From Macrostomum lignano (taxonomy: Eukaryota), in contig NIVC01003733.1 of NCBI GenBank assembly GCA_002269645.1, positions 15,720 through 79,719 of the forward strand: DNA of 64,000 nt, in the 5' to 3' direction. The notes under the pieces were generated by a model that ran no database searches, was not told the origin of the DNA, and was given only the letters and a program-made list of their open reading frames with translations. Made by a program: the position numbers and the translations under genes. Positions 1 to 13,897 of the stretch are shown here, piece by piece. Position 1 is the stretch's first letter, and each line of letters opens with the position of its first letter.

Positions 1-146
1 TTTGTGTCAGTAGTATGTGTCAGTGGTTTGTGTCAGTAGTTTGTGTCACTGGTTTGTGTCAGTAGTATGTGTCAGTAGTTTGTGTCATTAGTTTGTGTCG
101 GTGGTTGTGTCAGTAGTTTGTGTCAGTAGTTTGTGTCAGTAGTTTG
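1..146. repeat. ~13-bp tandem minisatellite (TTTGTGTCAGTAG), truncated by window start
   Basis: Direct reading: repeated tgtgtcagtagt units. Confidence 0.9.
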
Positions 147-183
147 CGTCAGCAACAGAAACTGCACAGCCAGCAGGACTCAC

Positions 184-285
184 CGTGTTGCAGGTGTCGA
201 TCCGGGTGCCGCAGTTCAGGTAGTCCAGCACCTTCGCCAGATTGCCAGCCCGGGCCACTCGTAGGAAGTTCTGACTGGGATCCGC
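184..285 (-). CDS. ANK: Ankyrin (ANK1/2/3, UNC-44-like) conserved second coding exon; gene continues off the left end of the window
   Basis: Translates to ADPSQNFLRVARAGNLAKVLDYLNCGTRIDTCNT, matching the ankyrin N-terminal motif ([34 protein letters not shown] in ankyrin-B). Bounded by TTTTTTAAG acceptor and GTGAGT donor; 102 nt, phase 0/0. Confidence 0.9.
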
Positions 286-362
286 CTTAAAAAATTGAGT
301 GTGATTGTATAAGATTTTTTTGGGATTGCTAAAATTGTACTTCGATATCTGCACATTTTAAG

Positions 363-490
363 CAACATCGTCACACAACCGGCGAGAGGCATCGCTGCCC
401 ATTCCGCCGACTCCCCTGAGCAGGCACACAAGCGCGCGGATACGTACGCAGTCACACGCACAGGCACACAGTCACACAGGAGTGTACAGT
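363..490 (+). repeat. Dispersed repeat, copy 1 (homologous to 34775-34910 on the minus strand)
   Basis: Shares collinear blocks GTCACACAA, CTGCCCATTCCGC, CTGAGCA and CACACAAGCGC with the reverse complement of the 34.8-kb region. Confidence 0.6.
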
Positions 491-1332
491 GGCCCTAACT
501 GTATTTATCGTTAGGCATGTACGCTTCAAGGGTGTTAATTGCACGAGCAGAGCCAAGCCGAGATTCCAATTTAGCTCTAAAATTAATGTGACTGCACTTG
601 GAATCGAGCCTGGGCCGCCCCTAAAGCGATCTTGCTCATGTTTGGATGAATCTTTACACGCTGGAGACACATTGAGAAGCAGAATAGCTGGGAGAAACTG
701 GGACGCACCAGCAGCTGCAAGCGTGCAAGTCTAAATCGGTCTTGCCCTCCCTGAAACTTTCCCAGGTCAGCTAGTAGGGGAATTTCACTACACCAGAAGC
801 AGAACGCCTTAACACACTTTAAAAAACGTACAAACACACGTGCTAGCGGACGGCCAACAGATGCTAAGAGGCATTGGGGCCAGCTACAGAACGAAAGAGT
901 GATGAGGAATAGGGAGAGACTGGGGAACAAGGAAAGTAGTTTTGCCCGATGCCCAGGCCGAGGCCACTGCTGCAGTGAAACCCAACACTGATGGGACTGC
1001 AGGGTTGGCCGAAGTAGCATTGCCTAACCAAGCCACTGCTACCGTGCTGGCTGTGTGCTGTCAAAGTGTTCCACAGCGGTTGCGGTTGCAAATCCGCTTA
1101 TACACTTCCCGTTCCTTCCCTTCCCCCACAGGCGCTGGGCGAGATCAACGGCCGTGTTAATTTTGCTCTCCAGTGTCTCCCTATCGTTTCTGTATCTCCT
1201 GCACAGACTGGCTTTTGTTTGACCACCAGAAATTGAAAACTTTCCTTTACACCGTAGCCTAAAATAGCAGAATCCGTTCCTGCCTGCGCAGCCTGCAGGG
1301 CTTGGCCATAGACATAGCAGCGGCTAAGGCTC

Positions 1333-2426
1333 AAGGACCACTGTAGCATAACAGGATCAAGGACCACTGTAGCATAACAGGATCAAGGACCACTGTAGTA
1401 TAACAGGATCAAGAACCACTGTAGCATAACAGGATCAAGGACCACTGTAGTATAACAGGATCAAGAACCACTGTAGTATAACAGGATCAAGGACCACTGT
1501 AGCATAACAGGATCAAGGACCACTGTAGCATAACAGGATCAAGGACCACTGTAGCATAACAGGATCAAGGACCACTGTAGCATAACAGGATCAAGGACCA
1601 CTGTAGCATAACAGGATCAAAGACCACTGTAGTATAACAGGATCAAGGACCACTGTAGCATAACAGGATCAAGGACCACTGTAGCATAACAGGATCAAGG
1701 ACCACTGTAGCATAACAGGATCAAGGACCACTGTAGCATAACAGGATCAAGGACCACTGTAGCATAACAGGATCAAGGACCACTGTAGTATAACAGGATC
1801 AAGGACCACTGTAGTATAACAGGATCAAGGACCACTGTAGCATAACAGGATCAAGGACCACTGTAGCATAACAGGATCAAGGACCACTGTAGCATAACAG
1901 GATCAAGGACCACTGTAGCATAGCAGGATCAAGAACCACTGTAGCATAACAGGATCAAGGACCACTGTAGCATAACAGGATCAAGGACCACTGTAGCATA
2001 ACAGGATCAAGGACCACTGTAGTATAACAGGATCAAGGACCACTGTAGCATAACAGGATCAAGGACCACTGTAGCATAACAGGATCAAGGACCACTGTAG
2101 CATAACAGGATCAAGGACCACTGTAGCATAGCAGGATCAAGAACCACTGTAGCATAACAGGATCAAGGACCACTGTAGCATAACAGGATCAAGGACCACT
2201 GTAGCATAACAGGATCAAGGACCACTGTAGCATAACAGGATCAAGGACCACTGTAGCATAACAGGATCAAGGACCACTGTAGCATAACAGGATCAAGGAC
2301 CACTGTAGCATAACAGGATCAAGGACCACTGTAGCATAACAGGATCAAGGACCACTGTAGCATAACAGGATCAAGGACCACTGTAGCATAACAGGATCAA
2401 GGACCACTGTAGTATAACAGGATCAA
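1333..2426. repeat. 26-bp tandem minisatellite (AAGGACCACTGTAGCATAACAGGATC), ~42 copies, in ankyrin intron
   Basis: Direct reading; near-identical units without spacers. Confidence 0.95.
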
Positions 2427-2504
2427 CGACCAATTTGATCCTGTATAAGTACCTGTAATACCTGTATAATTCCCTAATTCATATTGAACCATTTTGACTC
2501 TCAC

Positions 2505-2528
2505 CTGTTGAGCGACAGTGTTTCCCAT
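2505..2528 (-). CDS. ANK: Candidate alternative first coding exon of ankyrin, MGNTVAQQ (N-myristoylation-like)
   Basis: ATG GGA AAC ACT GTC GCT CAA CAG followed by GTGAGA donor; phase 0, in frame with the 184-285 exon. Confidence 0.5.
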
Positions 2529-3688
2529 ATGTGCAGATGCAGTTCTTATAATCTTTTAGAGTCACAAATTTCTTTTATTTTAGTAAAAATATATTCAAAG
2601 AAATTGTCGAAAAAAGGAGATCAGCTGCTTGCTCAAAGAAAGTCCGAGCAAAAAAGGTGAGGAGACAAAAGCTTTCTTCTCCTAGCCGAAATAGTAATTA
2701 TAATTCTCGCCAGGCGGGAAGAAGAAAGATGCTGAGCTGAGAAAATACTTTAATAGTGGACTTCGGGTAAGAAAGAGGCGGATAAAAAGGCGCTTTTTAA
2801 AGGTCCTACTTGGATCTTTTGCGGAGCAGCGACTTCTCCGAATTTTGCTACTCAAGCCTCTTCTCTCTCTGTCTCTCCTCTCTCCTTCTCTCTGTCGCCT
2901 TCGCGACTCGCTCCGGAATAAAAAACTTTCCCAGCAATTGACGTGATTCACCTTAAAAGATCCAGGAGGAAAACAGGGCGGAGGGATGCCAACAGGAAGA
3001 ATTGGACGCAGATGCTACCTGGGAGCGGCAGCAGCGGAGGCGGGTGGAACTGCCGGAGTTCGACCCCTCCCCTAGAAGGAAAAATAAGAAAGAGGCGTAT
3101 TGGGGGCCTAGCTGTTATCTGGGCTGCGCCTTCGGTAGAAGAAGATGTTCCGCACGCTTTCGGCTGATAGGGAGAAGACAATTGCGGATATCCGTGTCCC
3201 TTGGACGATTTTTCACCAACACAAATTTCCTCGAGCTTCGCTTTTTTGTTATACTGAACAGCATTTTTTTCTCTGGGCAGAAGCTGGCCGTCCATCTCCC
3301 TGACCCAGCTGCGCACGGATTGTGCTGAATCAGTACATCAGTACACGGTGGGTCGAACTCTGGTTGGACAGGGAGGGGGCTGTGGCTCTGGGGTGCATTC
3401 GGCCAAGACAGTTCAGCCGAATCTTCCATCACTGTCTTGTGCAATAAATGACTGCGCTGGACTATGCTACGCTGCGCAACATCAAAGATGGGATTGCTTC
3501 TAGAAGAGAGAAAGAAAGCGCTGTTCGAAGCGCTGTAAAGCCTTCCAACCGTCAATTAATTAACCGCAGATTCCAATTATAAAGCAGAGCGCAAGACCCA
3601 GCCGTCATAATAAACTGTTATTGCAGGCCGTTCGGAATCGGAATACAAAATCTATGGAAACAATGAAGGGAAGTCACGAACGCCTCAC

Positions 3689-3745
3689 CGGCTTCTGCTG
3701 TTGCTGTTGCCGCAAGTCCCTTGCTGCTTCATTGGCAGCAGCCAT
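3689..3745 (-). CDS. ANK: Candidate alternative first coding exon of ankyrin, MAAANEAARDLRQQQQQKP
   Basis: ATG to CCG|GTGAGG donor, 57 nt, phase 0. Confidence 0.55.
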
Positions 3746-4393
3746 GTTTAGCAGCTGAAAGCAGCCAACTGAATTATTTCTTCGACTTCGCTACTTGACA
3801 ATTGTTTAACAGACACGTCAGGACTCCAACGCCTTTGGGATGCTTTTTTTACACAACATCCCCGCGTATATACGCTATTCCTACTCACTGTACGGAGTGG
3901 CGAGAAAGCGTGGTTGAGACGAGCGGATCGGGATACTGAGCAGGCATGTACTTGCTCAGCACACTCTCTGTGCCAGTCTGGGGGATTGGGGAGATGGCGA
4001 GACAGGGAGAATCCCACTTTCTTCCCGAGCCAGTCTACCTCATTCCCCCGCTGTCGTTTCCCCCGTCTCGCTCGCATGGGCTCACCCTGCTTTTAGTCTG
4101 CTCCAGTGGCCTCTCTCAAGAGCCAATCTTTTCTTTGCAACACGCTTTCTCCCCGGCACTAATGTGCTTCTTTTTTGGCTCAGCTCAGAGCCGGAGAACA
4201 GAGTAAGAGAAACAACGGATGTCATGAAATGCTGAATACGCGGCAGCACCAGCAGGAGGACTGAATGCTTGTACAATGGCGGTTGCCTCTGTTGGTGTCA
4301 AGCTGGAAGCTCTCACACAAGCTCTGGATTGCCAAGACACCTGCCCCCCCCCCCTATGGGCTAATGATGGCACCTGAACATTCAATTAAATTC

Positions 4394-4402
4394 TGTCTGT
4401 CC

Positions 4403-4478
<76 letters not shown>

Positions 4479-4481
4479 GCC

Positions 4482-4514
<33 letters not shown>

Positions 4515-4680
4515 TTGTGTCTTAGTGTCTGTCTGTATTTGTGTCTTAGTGTCTGTCTGTCTGTCTGCTTTTGTGTCTTAGTGTCTGTCTGTCTGTCTGC
4601 TTTTGTGTCTTAGTGTCTGTCTGCTTTTGTGTCTGTCTGTCTGTCTATGTGTCTTAGTGTCTGTCTGTCTGCCTGCCTGC
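4394..4680. repeat. (CTGT)n microsatellite with GTGTCTTA variants
   Basis: Direct reading. Confidence 0.95.
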
Positions 4681-5216
4681 CTTAATTACTCAATTCGCTC
4701 TAATTAGTGTCAGACACATGCTCTCCTTGACTATTACCCTGCTTCCATCCTTCAATTATTGGACAAACTCATTTGTCAGCGGACAGGCTGTTGCAGAGAG
4801 GCAGCAGATGCCTCTGAGGCAGCAGCAGACCCTCGCACCGACACCCCCACCCACCCGCCTCACTGTGAGACCTCTTGAGCTGCCCTAATTCAATACTTGG
4901 ACTGGGAATCGCCAGCGTTTGGGACAGCAACGATAGAATTGAGAAGGAAGCAAAGTCAGCGCTAGTGAGTTCGGAAACAGTTGGAGCAGAGGAGAACTGA
5001 AATTACAGAGGCGCTCAAAGTTCATGGGAAGTTATATAAAATAATTCGTATTATTTTGTATAGACTGTACGCTGATATAGATGGCTACAATTATTCTGAA
5101 GTTTTTTGAACTTTCCGAGCTGCCGCTCAGTTGGTTGACAGATATTTTTACTGCACTGTGCATGAGACTGAATTGACTGGGCTCGCTTGATATGACTGCA
5201 AACACAGAAATGTGTT

Positions 5217-6280
<1,064 letters not shown>

Positions 6281-6811
6281 AATTTCGCATCCTGCTCAGA
6301 GCTGCGTACAGCATGACAGCTCAAACTCAATAAATATTGGATAAACACTCACCATACTAAGAGCTTTTGGCAGAGATGTTTTTCTCACCCAACCGCGCCT
6401 CTTGAATGCAGCAACTGGCAGCTGGGACTGCCAAAATAATATTCGCCTCGCGTTAAAAAGGCAAATTATTATGAAGAGCAGACAGAGTGAGATCCGCAGC
6501 AACTTGCCAGCAACCCCCAGGCAGTGTGACACCAAATTTCTGCATTTCCTGCCCCAGCCTACACAGCACTCCGACAGTCAGTAATCCCGGATCAGGGCGG
6601 CTCCTTCTTACGACCCGCCTGTCTGCTGTATCGATCAATCACCAACCTCCACTCCGCCAGCCTCTGATGAGGTGCCAAATGCTCTTGCCTGGCTTGATTC
6701 CAAATATCTTCCGAATCCAAATCTCTGTCAGCTCAAGCTTAGGCTTGAGACAAATCTCTTATTAACTCTCGGAGTACATTGCGGCCAGCTCTATCACTGT
6801 AACTGAGCAAA

Positions 6812-9340
6812 GTCTCTCTGAGTCTTTCTCTGAGTATCTTTGAGTGTCTCTCTGAGTCTTTCTCTGAGTATCTTTGAGTGTCTCTCTGAGTCTTTCTCTG
6901 AGTATCTTTGAGTGTCTCTCTGAATTTTTCTCTGAGTATCTTTGAGCGTCTCTCTGAGTCTTTCTCTGAGTATCTTTGAGCGTCTCTCTGAGTCTTTCTC
7001 TGAGTATCTTTGAGTGTCTCTCTGAGTCTTTCTCTGAGTATCTTTGAGTGTCTCTCTGAGTCTTTCTCTGAGTATCTTTGAGTCTCTCTGAGTCTCTCCG
7101 AGTCTCTCTGAGTCTCTCCGAGTCTCCCTGAGTCTCTCCGAGTCTCTCTGAGTCTCTCTGAGTCTCTCTGAGTCTCTCCGAGTCTCTCTGAGTCTCTCTG
7201 AGTCTCTCTGAGTCTCTCCGAGTCTCTCTGAGTCTCTCTGAGTCTCTCTGAGTCTCTCTGAGTCTCTCTGAGTCTCTCTCAGTCTCTCTGAGTCTCTCTC
7301 AGTCTCTCTGAGTCTCTCTGAGTCTCTCTGAGTCTCTCTCAGTCTCTCTGAGTCTCTCTCAGTCTCTCTGAGTCTCTCTGAGTCTCTCTGAGTCTCTATG
7401 AGTCTCTCTCAGTCTCTCTGAGTCTCTCTGAGTCTCTCTGAGTCTCTCTGAGTCTCTCTGAGTCTCTATGAGTCTCTCTCAGTCTCTCTCAGTCTCTCTC
7501 AGTCTCTCTGAGTCTCTCTGAGTCTCTCTCAGTCTCTCTGAGTCTCTCTGAGTCTCTCTCAGTCTCTCTGAGTCTCTCTGAGTCTCTCTGAGTCTCTCTC
7601 AGTCTCTCTGAGTCTCTCTGAGTCTCTCTGAGTCTCTCTGAGTCTCTCTGAGTCTCTGAATCTCTCTGAGTCTCTCTGAGTCTCTATGAGGTTCCCTCTG
7701 AGTCTCCGCGGTCATCGCAAATCGCATTCAACTTATTTTAATCAAAGCTCAAGCAAGTGTATGAAACCCATAAGTATTCTTCCTTAAAAATCGATTTTCA
7801 GAAGGCCTGCATCCGAATCTCGATCTCTGAGTCTTCTTATATTGCCCGAGGGCAGATGGGCTACTCAGCTACTCAATTCAATTGAGTTCGGGCCAAGCTG
7901 CATAGAGAAGGCTGCGAAATCGAGATTGAAATTGAAGTCCTGGTCTTTTTTATCCGGGCTACAAATCAGTTGGGAAAATTGTAGATCGTATACCGAGGGG
8001 ATTTGAGCAGAGGAGAGAGGAGTATCTCCTGAGCAACTAATCTTACTTCTTTGATTTACTTGATGGAAGTTCCGCCCTCTCGAGTTGAAGTTATCCCGTG
8101 GAGACCTGTACTTTGGTGAATTATCCAAATTAGGCCGCTAAAACTTTCAGAAGGAGTCTTTCTGAGTCTCTCTGAGTCTCTCTGAGTCTCTCTGAGTCTC
8201 TCTGAGTCTCTCTGAGTCTCTCTGAGTCTCTCTCAGTCTCTCTGAGTCTCTCTCAGTCTCTCTGAGTCTCTCTGAGTCTCTCTGAGTCTCTCTCAGTCTC
8301 TCTGAGTCTCTCTCAGTCTCTCTGAGTCTCTCTGAGTCTCTCTGAGTCTCTATGAGTCTCTCTCAGTCTCTCTGAGTCTCTCTGAGTCTCTCTGAGTCTC
8401 TCTGAGTCTCTCTGAGTCTCTATGAGTCTCTCTCAGTCTCTCTCAGTCTCTCTCAGTCTCTCTGAGTCTCTCTGAGTCTCTCTCAGTCTCTCTGAGTCTC
8501 TCTGAGTCTCTCTCAGTCTCTCTGAGTCTCTCTGAGTCTCTCTGAGTCTCTCTCAGTCTCTCTGAGTCTCTCTGAGTCTCTCTGAGTCTCTCTGAGTCTC
8601 TCTGAGTCTCTGAATCTCTCTGAGTCTCTCTGAGTCTCTATGAGGTTCCCTCTGAGTCTCCGCGGTCATCGCAAATCGCATTCAACTTATTTTAATCAAA
8701 GCTCAAGCAAGTGTATGAAACCCATAAGTATTCTTCCTTAAAAATCGATTTTCAGAAGGCCTGCATCCGAATCTCGATCTCTGAGTCTTCTTATATTGCC
8801 CGAGGGCAGATGGGCTACTCAGCTACTCAATTCAATTGAGTTCGGGCCAAGCTGCATAGAGAAGGCTGCGAAATCGAGATTGAAATTGAAGTCCTGGTCT
8901 TTTTTATCCGGGCTACAAATCAGTTGGGAAAATTGTAGATCGTATACGAGGGGATTTGAGCAGAGGAGAGAGGAGTATCTCCTGAGCAACTAATCTTACT
9001 TCTTTGATTTACTTGATGGAAGTTCCGCCCTCTCGAGTTGAAGTTATCCCGTGGAGACCTGTACTTTGGTGAATTATCCAAATTAGGCCGCTAAAACTTT
9101 CAGAAGGAGTCTTTCTGAGTCTCTCTGAGTCTCTCTGAGTCGTTTTGAGTCTCTCTGAGTCTCTCTGAGTCTCTCGGAGTCTCTGAGTCTCTCTGAGTCT
9201 CTCTGAGTCTCTTTGAGTCTCTCTGAGTCTCTCTGAGTCTCTGAGTCTCTCTGAGTCTCTCTGAGTCTCTGAGTCTCTCTGAGTCTCTCTGAGTCTCTCT
9301 GAGTCTCTCTGAGTCTCTCTGAGTCTCTCTGGGTGTCTAT
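6812..9340. repeat. Composite satellite (34-bp unit, then 10-bp AGTCTCTCTG) containing a ~954-bp tandem segmental duplication
   Basis: Unique core 7688-8165 recurs at 8642-9118, identical by eye except one 1-nt indel (CGTATACCGAG vs CGTATACGAG). Confidence 0.9.
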
Positions 9341-9359
9341 TAGTGTCTCTGAGAGACGT

Positions 9360-9930
9360 GGTGAGAGGTAGGGAGAGAGATAGGGGGAGACGTAGGGGGA
9401 GAGAGAGATAGGGGGAGAGATAGGGTAAAAGATAGTGGGAGAGATAAGAGAGATAGGGGGAGAGATAGGGGGAGAGATAGGGGGAGAGATAGGGGGAGAG
9501 ATAGGGGAGAGATAGGGGGAGAGATAGGGGGAGAGATAGGGGGAGAGATAGGGGAGAGATAGGGGAGAGAGATAGGGGGAGAGATAGGGGGAGAGATAGG
9601 GGAGAGATAGGGGAGAGATAGGGGGAGAGATAAGGGGAGAGATAGGGGAGAGATAGGGGGAGAGATAGGGGAGAGATAGGGGGAGAGATAGGGGGAGAGA
9701 TAGGGGGAGAGATAGGGGGAGAGATAGGGTAAGAGATAGGGGGAGAGATAGGGGAGAGAGAGAGATAGGGGGAGAGATAGGGGAGAGAGAGAGATAGGGG
9801 GAGAGATAGGGGGAGAGATAGGGGGAGAGATAGGGGGAGAGATAGGGGAGAGATAGGGGGAGAGATAGGGGGAGAGATAGGGGGAGAGATAGGGGGAGAG
9901 ATAGGGGGAGAGATAGGGGGAGAGATAGGG
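9360..9930. repeat. ~13-bp purine-rich minisatellite (GAGAGATAGGGGG)
   Basis: Direct reading. Confidence 0.9.
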
Positions 9931-10389
9931 AGGCAGAGAAATCATTAGAGAAAGAGTTCAGTTTGACTTGCACACGAGCACAGAACAGATTCAGCACTGC
10001 AAAATAATATTGTGTAACACGAGCGGAACCCGCACGAGACTCATGACTTCATATGCATGCATACTGTGTGATTCCAGCAGCGCAAGTCTCCCTGGCTGTC
10101 TCAGTCTATCACGGGGCTGAGGCTGGCCCGAAAGCAATTCTAATTCGATAGAACGACTCTCGGAATCATGATTGATGAGACCTGCCCGAGGCATAGCGGT
10201 CCTATGTAAGGATAATATTACCAAACTATTATTATTACCGTCTGGTGTGCTCTGGCATATGCCTCGATAGAGCCATTCTCTATACATTCAGTTCGAATTC
10301 TTGCCGCAGTTCATTGTCCTGCATCTGGGATCCAAGTTGCCAGGAACTTAGGAGATTTATCCCACTTGAAAACGATGGGGTGAGGCATG

Positions 10390-10952
10390 AGAGACACGGG
10401 AGGTTGAAAGATGATGGGAGAGAGATGATGGGAGAGAGATGATGGGAGAGAGATGATGGGAGGGAGATGATGGGAGGGAGATGATGGGAGAGAGATGATG
10501 GGAGGGAGATGATGGGAGGGAGATGATGGGAGAGAGATGATGGGAGGGAGATGATGGGAGAGAGATGATGGGAGGGAGATGATGGGAGGGAGATGATGGG
10601 AGGGAGGTGATGGGAGAGAGATGATGGGAGGGAGATGATGGGAGGAAGATGATGGGAGGGAGATGATGGGAGGGAGATGATGGAGAGAGATGATGGGAGA
10701 GAGATGATGGGAGGGAGATGATGGGAGGGAGATGATGGGAGGGAGATGATGGGAGGGAGATGATGGGAGGGAGATGATGGGAGGGAGATAATGGGAGGGA
10801 GATGATAGGAGAGAGATGATGGGAGGGAGATGATGGGAGGGAGATGATGGGAGGGATATGATGGGAGGGAGATGATGGGAGGGAGATAATGGGAGGGAGA
10901 TGATAGGAGAGAGATGATGGGAGAGAGATGATGGGAGAGAGATGATGGGAGG
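10390..10952. repeat. 14-bp minisatellite (GATGATGGGAGRGA)
   Basis: Direct reading. Confidence 0.9.
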
Positions 10953-11539
10953 GAAGGAGGAGAATTCTTTGCCTATTTGAGCTCATTTCGCTCTGCATGA
11001 ATCTGGATTTAAATTCTAGTCTCAAATTTCCGAGTTGGAACTGCTTGGGAATTTTATCCCACTCAGATAGCAGACAGTTCCCTGTTCTATCAAACAATTT
11101 TCTGCTCATTGGCACTATTCACAGCCCCTATTATGCGGTGACATGGGCAGGTTTTTCGGGGATTCAGGATCCCATTGGGGGAAGAGAATTTACATGAGTT
11201 GCCTCTTTTTTCTGGGCTCTGCTCAGTTGACTCCGGCTTTTTCTTGAAACGAGCTGAAAGCAGCTTCAGAACTGCCTTTGAAAGCAGCTGAAAGCTAACT
11301 TGTCTGCTCTCTTCTTCTTTGCCGAGGCAGTTCAATTTGTATGCAAATGTCAGCTTCTGCGGTCGGGTTTGCTGACTGAACTCGACTGAAAAAATACGTT
11401 AACTTTATTGAATTTAAAAAAAATTGTGGTAAAACTGAGCATCCAAAAAAATTGGATTCTGTGCACGCAGCAAACTACTGTATAGTAGGAATAGCGATTT
11501 ATGCAATAGGAAATGTTTTTGGTCTTCGGCGATGAGTAG

Positions 11540-13897
11540 AGGAGAGAGGAGAGATGAGACGTAGAGGGAGAGTGAGAGGGAGAGAAAGAAAGGAGGGGAG
11601 AGAGGAGAGGGAGGAGAGGAGAGGGAGAGATAAGAGGGAAATAGGAGGAGTAGAGGGAGAGAGGAGAGCAGATAGAGAAGTTGAGTAATGGATGAGGAGA
11701 GGAGAGGGAGAGAGGGAGGGAGAGAGGAGAGGGAGAGAGGAGAGGGAGAGAGGAGAGGGAGAGAGAGGAGGGAGAGAGAGGAGAGGGAGAGAGGAGAGAG
11801 GGAGAGAGGAGAGGGAGAGAGGAGAGGGAGAGAGGAGAGGGAGAGAGGAGAGGGAGAGAGAGGAGAGGGAGAGAGAGGAGAGGGAGAGAGGAGAGGGAGA
11901 GAGGGGAGGGAGAGAGGAGAGGGAGAGAGAGGAGAGGGAGAGAGGAGATGGAGGGATGAGAGGAGAGGAAGAAAGGAGGGAGAGAGAGGAGAGGGAGAGA
12001 GAGGAGAGGGAGAGAGGAGAGGGAGAGAGGAGAGGGAGAGAGGAGAGGGAGAGAGGAGAGGGAGAGAGGAGAGGAAGAGAGGAGAGAGAGAGAGAGAGGA
12101 GAGGGAGAGAGGAGAGAGAGAGAGGAGAGGGAAGGAGGAGAGGGAGAGAGAGGAGAGGGAGAGAGGAGAGGGAGAGAGGAGAGGGAGAGAGAGAAGAGGG
12201 AGAGAGGAGAGCAGATAGAGAAGCTGACTAATGGATGAGGAGAGGAGAGGGAGAGAGGAGAGGGAGAGAGAGGAGAGGGAGAGAGAGGAGAGGGAGAGAG
12301 AGGAGAGGGAGAGAGAGGAGAGGGAGAGAGGAGAGGGAGAGAGGAGAGGGAGAGAGAGGAGAGGGAGAGAGAGGAGAGGGAGAGAGAGGAGAGGGAGAGA
12401 GGAGAGGGAGAGAGGAGAGGGAGAGAGGAGAGGGAGAGAGGAGAGGGAGAGAGGAGAGGGAGAGAGAGGAGAGGGAGAGAGGAGAGGGAGAGAGAGGAGA
12501 GGGAGAGAGAGGAGAGGGAGAGAGAGGAGAGGGAGAGAGAGGAGAGGGAGAGAGAGGAGAGGGAGAGAGAGGAGAGGGAGAGAGGAGAGGGAGAGAGGAG
12601 AGGGAGAGAGGAGAGGGAGAGAGAGGAGAGGAGAGAGAGAGGAGAGGAGAGAGGAGAGGGAGAGAGAGGAGAGGGAGAGAGAGGAGAGGAGAGAGAGGAG
12701 AGGGAGAGAGGAGAGGGAGAGAGAGGAGAGGGAGAGAGAGGAGAGGAGAGAGAGGAGAGGGAGAGAGGAGAGGGAGAGAGGAGAGGGAGAGGAGAGGAGA
12801 GAGAGAGGGAGAGAGGAGAGGGAGAGAGAGGAGAGGGAGAGAGGAGAGGGAGAGAGAGGAGAGGGAGAGAGAGGAGAGGGAGAGAGAGGAGAGGGAGAGA
12901 GAGGAGAGGGAGAGAGAGGAGAGGGAGAGAGAGGAGAGGGAGAGAGGAGAGGGAGAGAGAGAAGAGGGAGAGAGGAGAGCAGATAGAGAAGTTGACTAAT
13001 GGATGCGGAGAGGAGAGGGAGAGAGGAGAGGGAGAGAGGAGAGGGAGAGAGAGGAGAGGGAGAGAGGAGAGGGAGAGAGAGGAGAGGGAGAGAGGAGAGG
13101 GAGAGAGAGGAGAGGGAGAGAGGAGAGGGAGAGAGAGGAGAGGGAGAGAGGAGAGGGAGAGAGGAGAGGGAGAGAGAGGAGAGGGAGAGAGAGGAGAGGA
13201 GAGAGAGGAGAGGGAGAGAGGAGAGGGAGAGAGGAGAGGGAGAGAGGAGAGGGAGAGAGGAGAGGGAGAGAGGAGAGGGAGAGAGAGGAGAGGGAGAGAG
13301 GAGAGGGAGAGAGAGGAGAGGGAGAGAGAGGAGAGGGAGAGAGAGGAGAGGGAGAGAGAGGAGAGGGAGAGAGAGGAGAGGAGAGAGAGAGAGGGAGAGA
13401 GAGGAGAGGGAGAGAGGAGAGGGAGAGAGGAGAGGGAGAGAGGAGAGGGAGAGAGAGGAGAGGGAGAGAGAGGAGAGGGAGAGGAGGAGAGGAGAGAGGA
13501 GAGGGAGAGAGAGAGGGAGAGAGGAGAGGGAGAGAGAGGAGAGGGAGAGAGAGGAGAGGGAGAGAGAGGAGAGGGAGAGAGGAGAGGGAAGGAGGAGAGG
13601 GAGAGAGAGGAGAGGGAGAGAGGAGAGGGAGAGAGGAGAGGGAGAGAGAGAAGAGGGAGAGAGGAGAGCAGATAGAGAAGCTGACTAATGGATGAGGAGA
13701 GGAGAGGGAGAGAGAGGAGAGGGAGAGAGAGGAGAGGGAGAGAGAGGAGAGGGAGAGAGGAGAGGGAGAGAGGAGAGGGAGAGAGGAGAGGGAGAGAGGA
13801 GAGGGAGAGAGAGGAGAGGGAGAGAGGAGAGGAGAGAGAGGAGAGGGAGAGAGGAGAGGGAGAGAGGAGAGCAGATAGAGAAGCTGACTAATGGATG
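11540..13897. repeat. Polypurine (GAGAG/GGAGA) tract punctuated five times by GCAGATAGAGAAGYTGASTAATGGATG
   Basis: Island recurs near 11669, 12210, 12979, 13668 and 13870; the intervening sequence is purine-only repeat. Confidence 0.9.

Noticed and set aside
1333-2426. CRISPR-like appearance of the 26-bp array and of the island-plus-tract array at 11.5-13.9 kb
   Set aside because: No unique spacers, no cas genes, eukaryotic context.
6664-6670. CTGATGA as a hammerhead ribozyme core
   Set aside because: No stem II followed by GAAA at a suitable distance.
7865-8128. 87-aa minus-strand ORF in the duplicated block
   Set aside because: TTG start, no domain, and broken by the 1-nt indel in the second copy.
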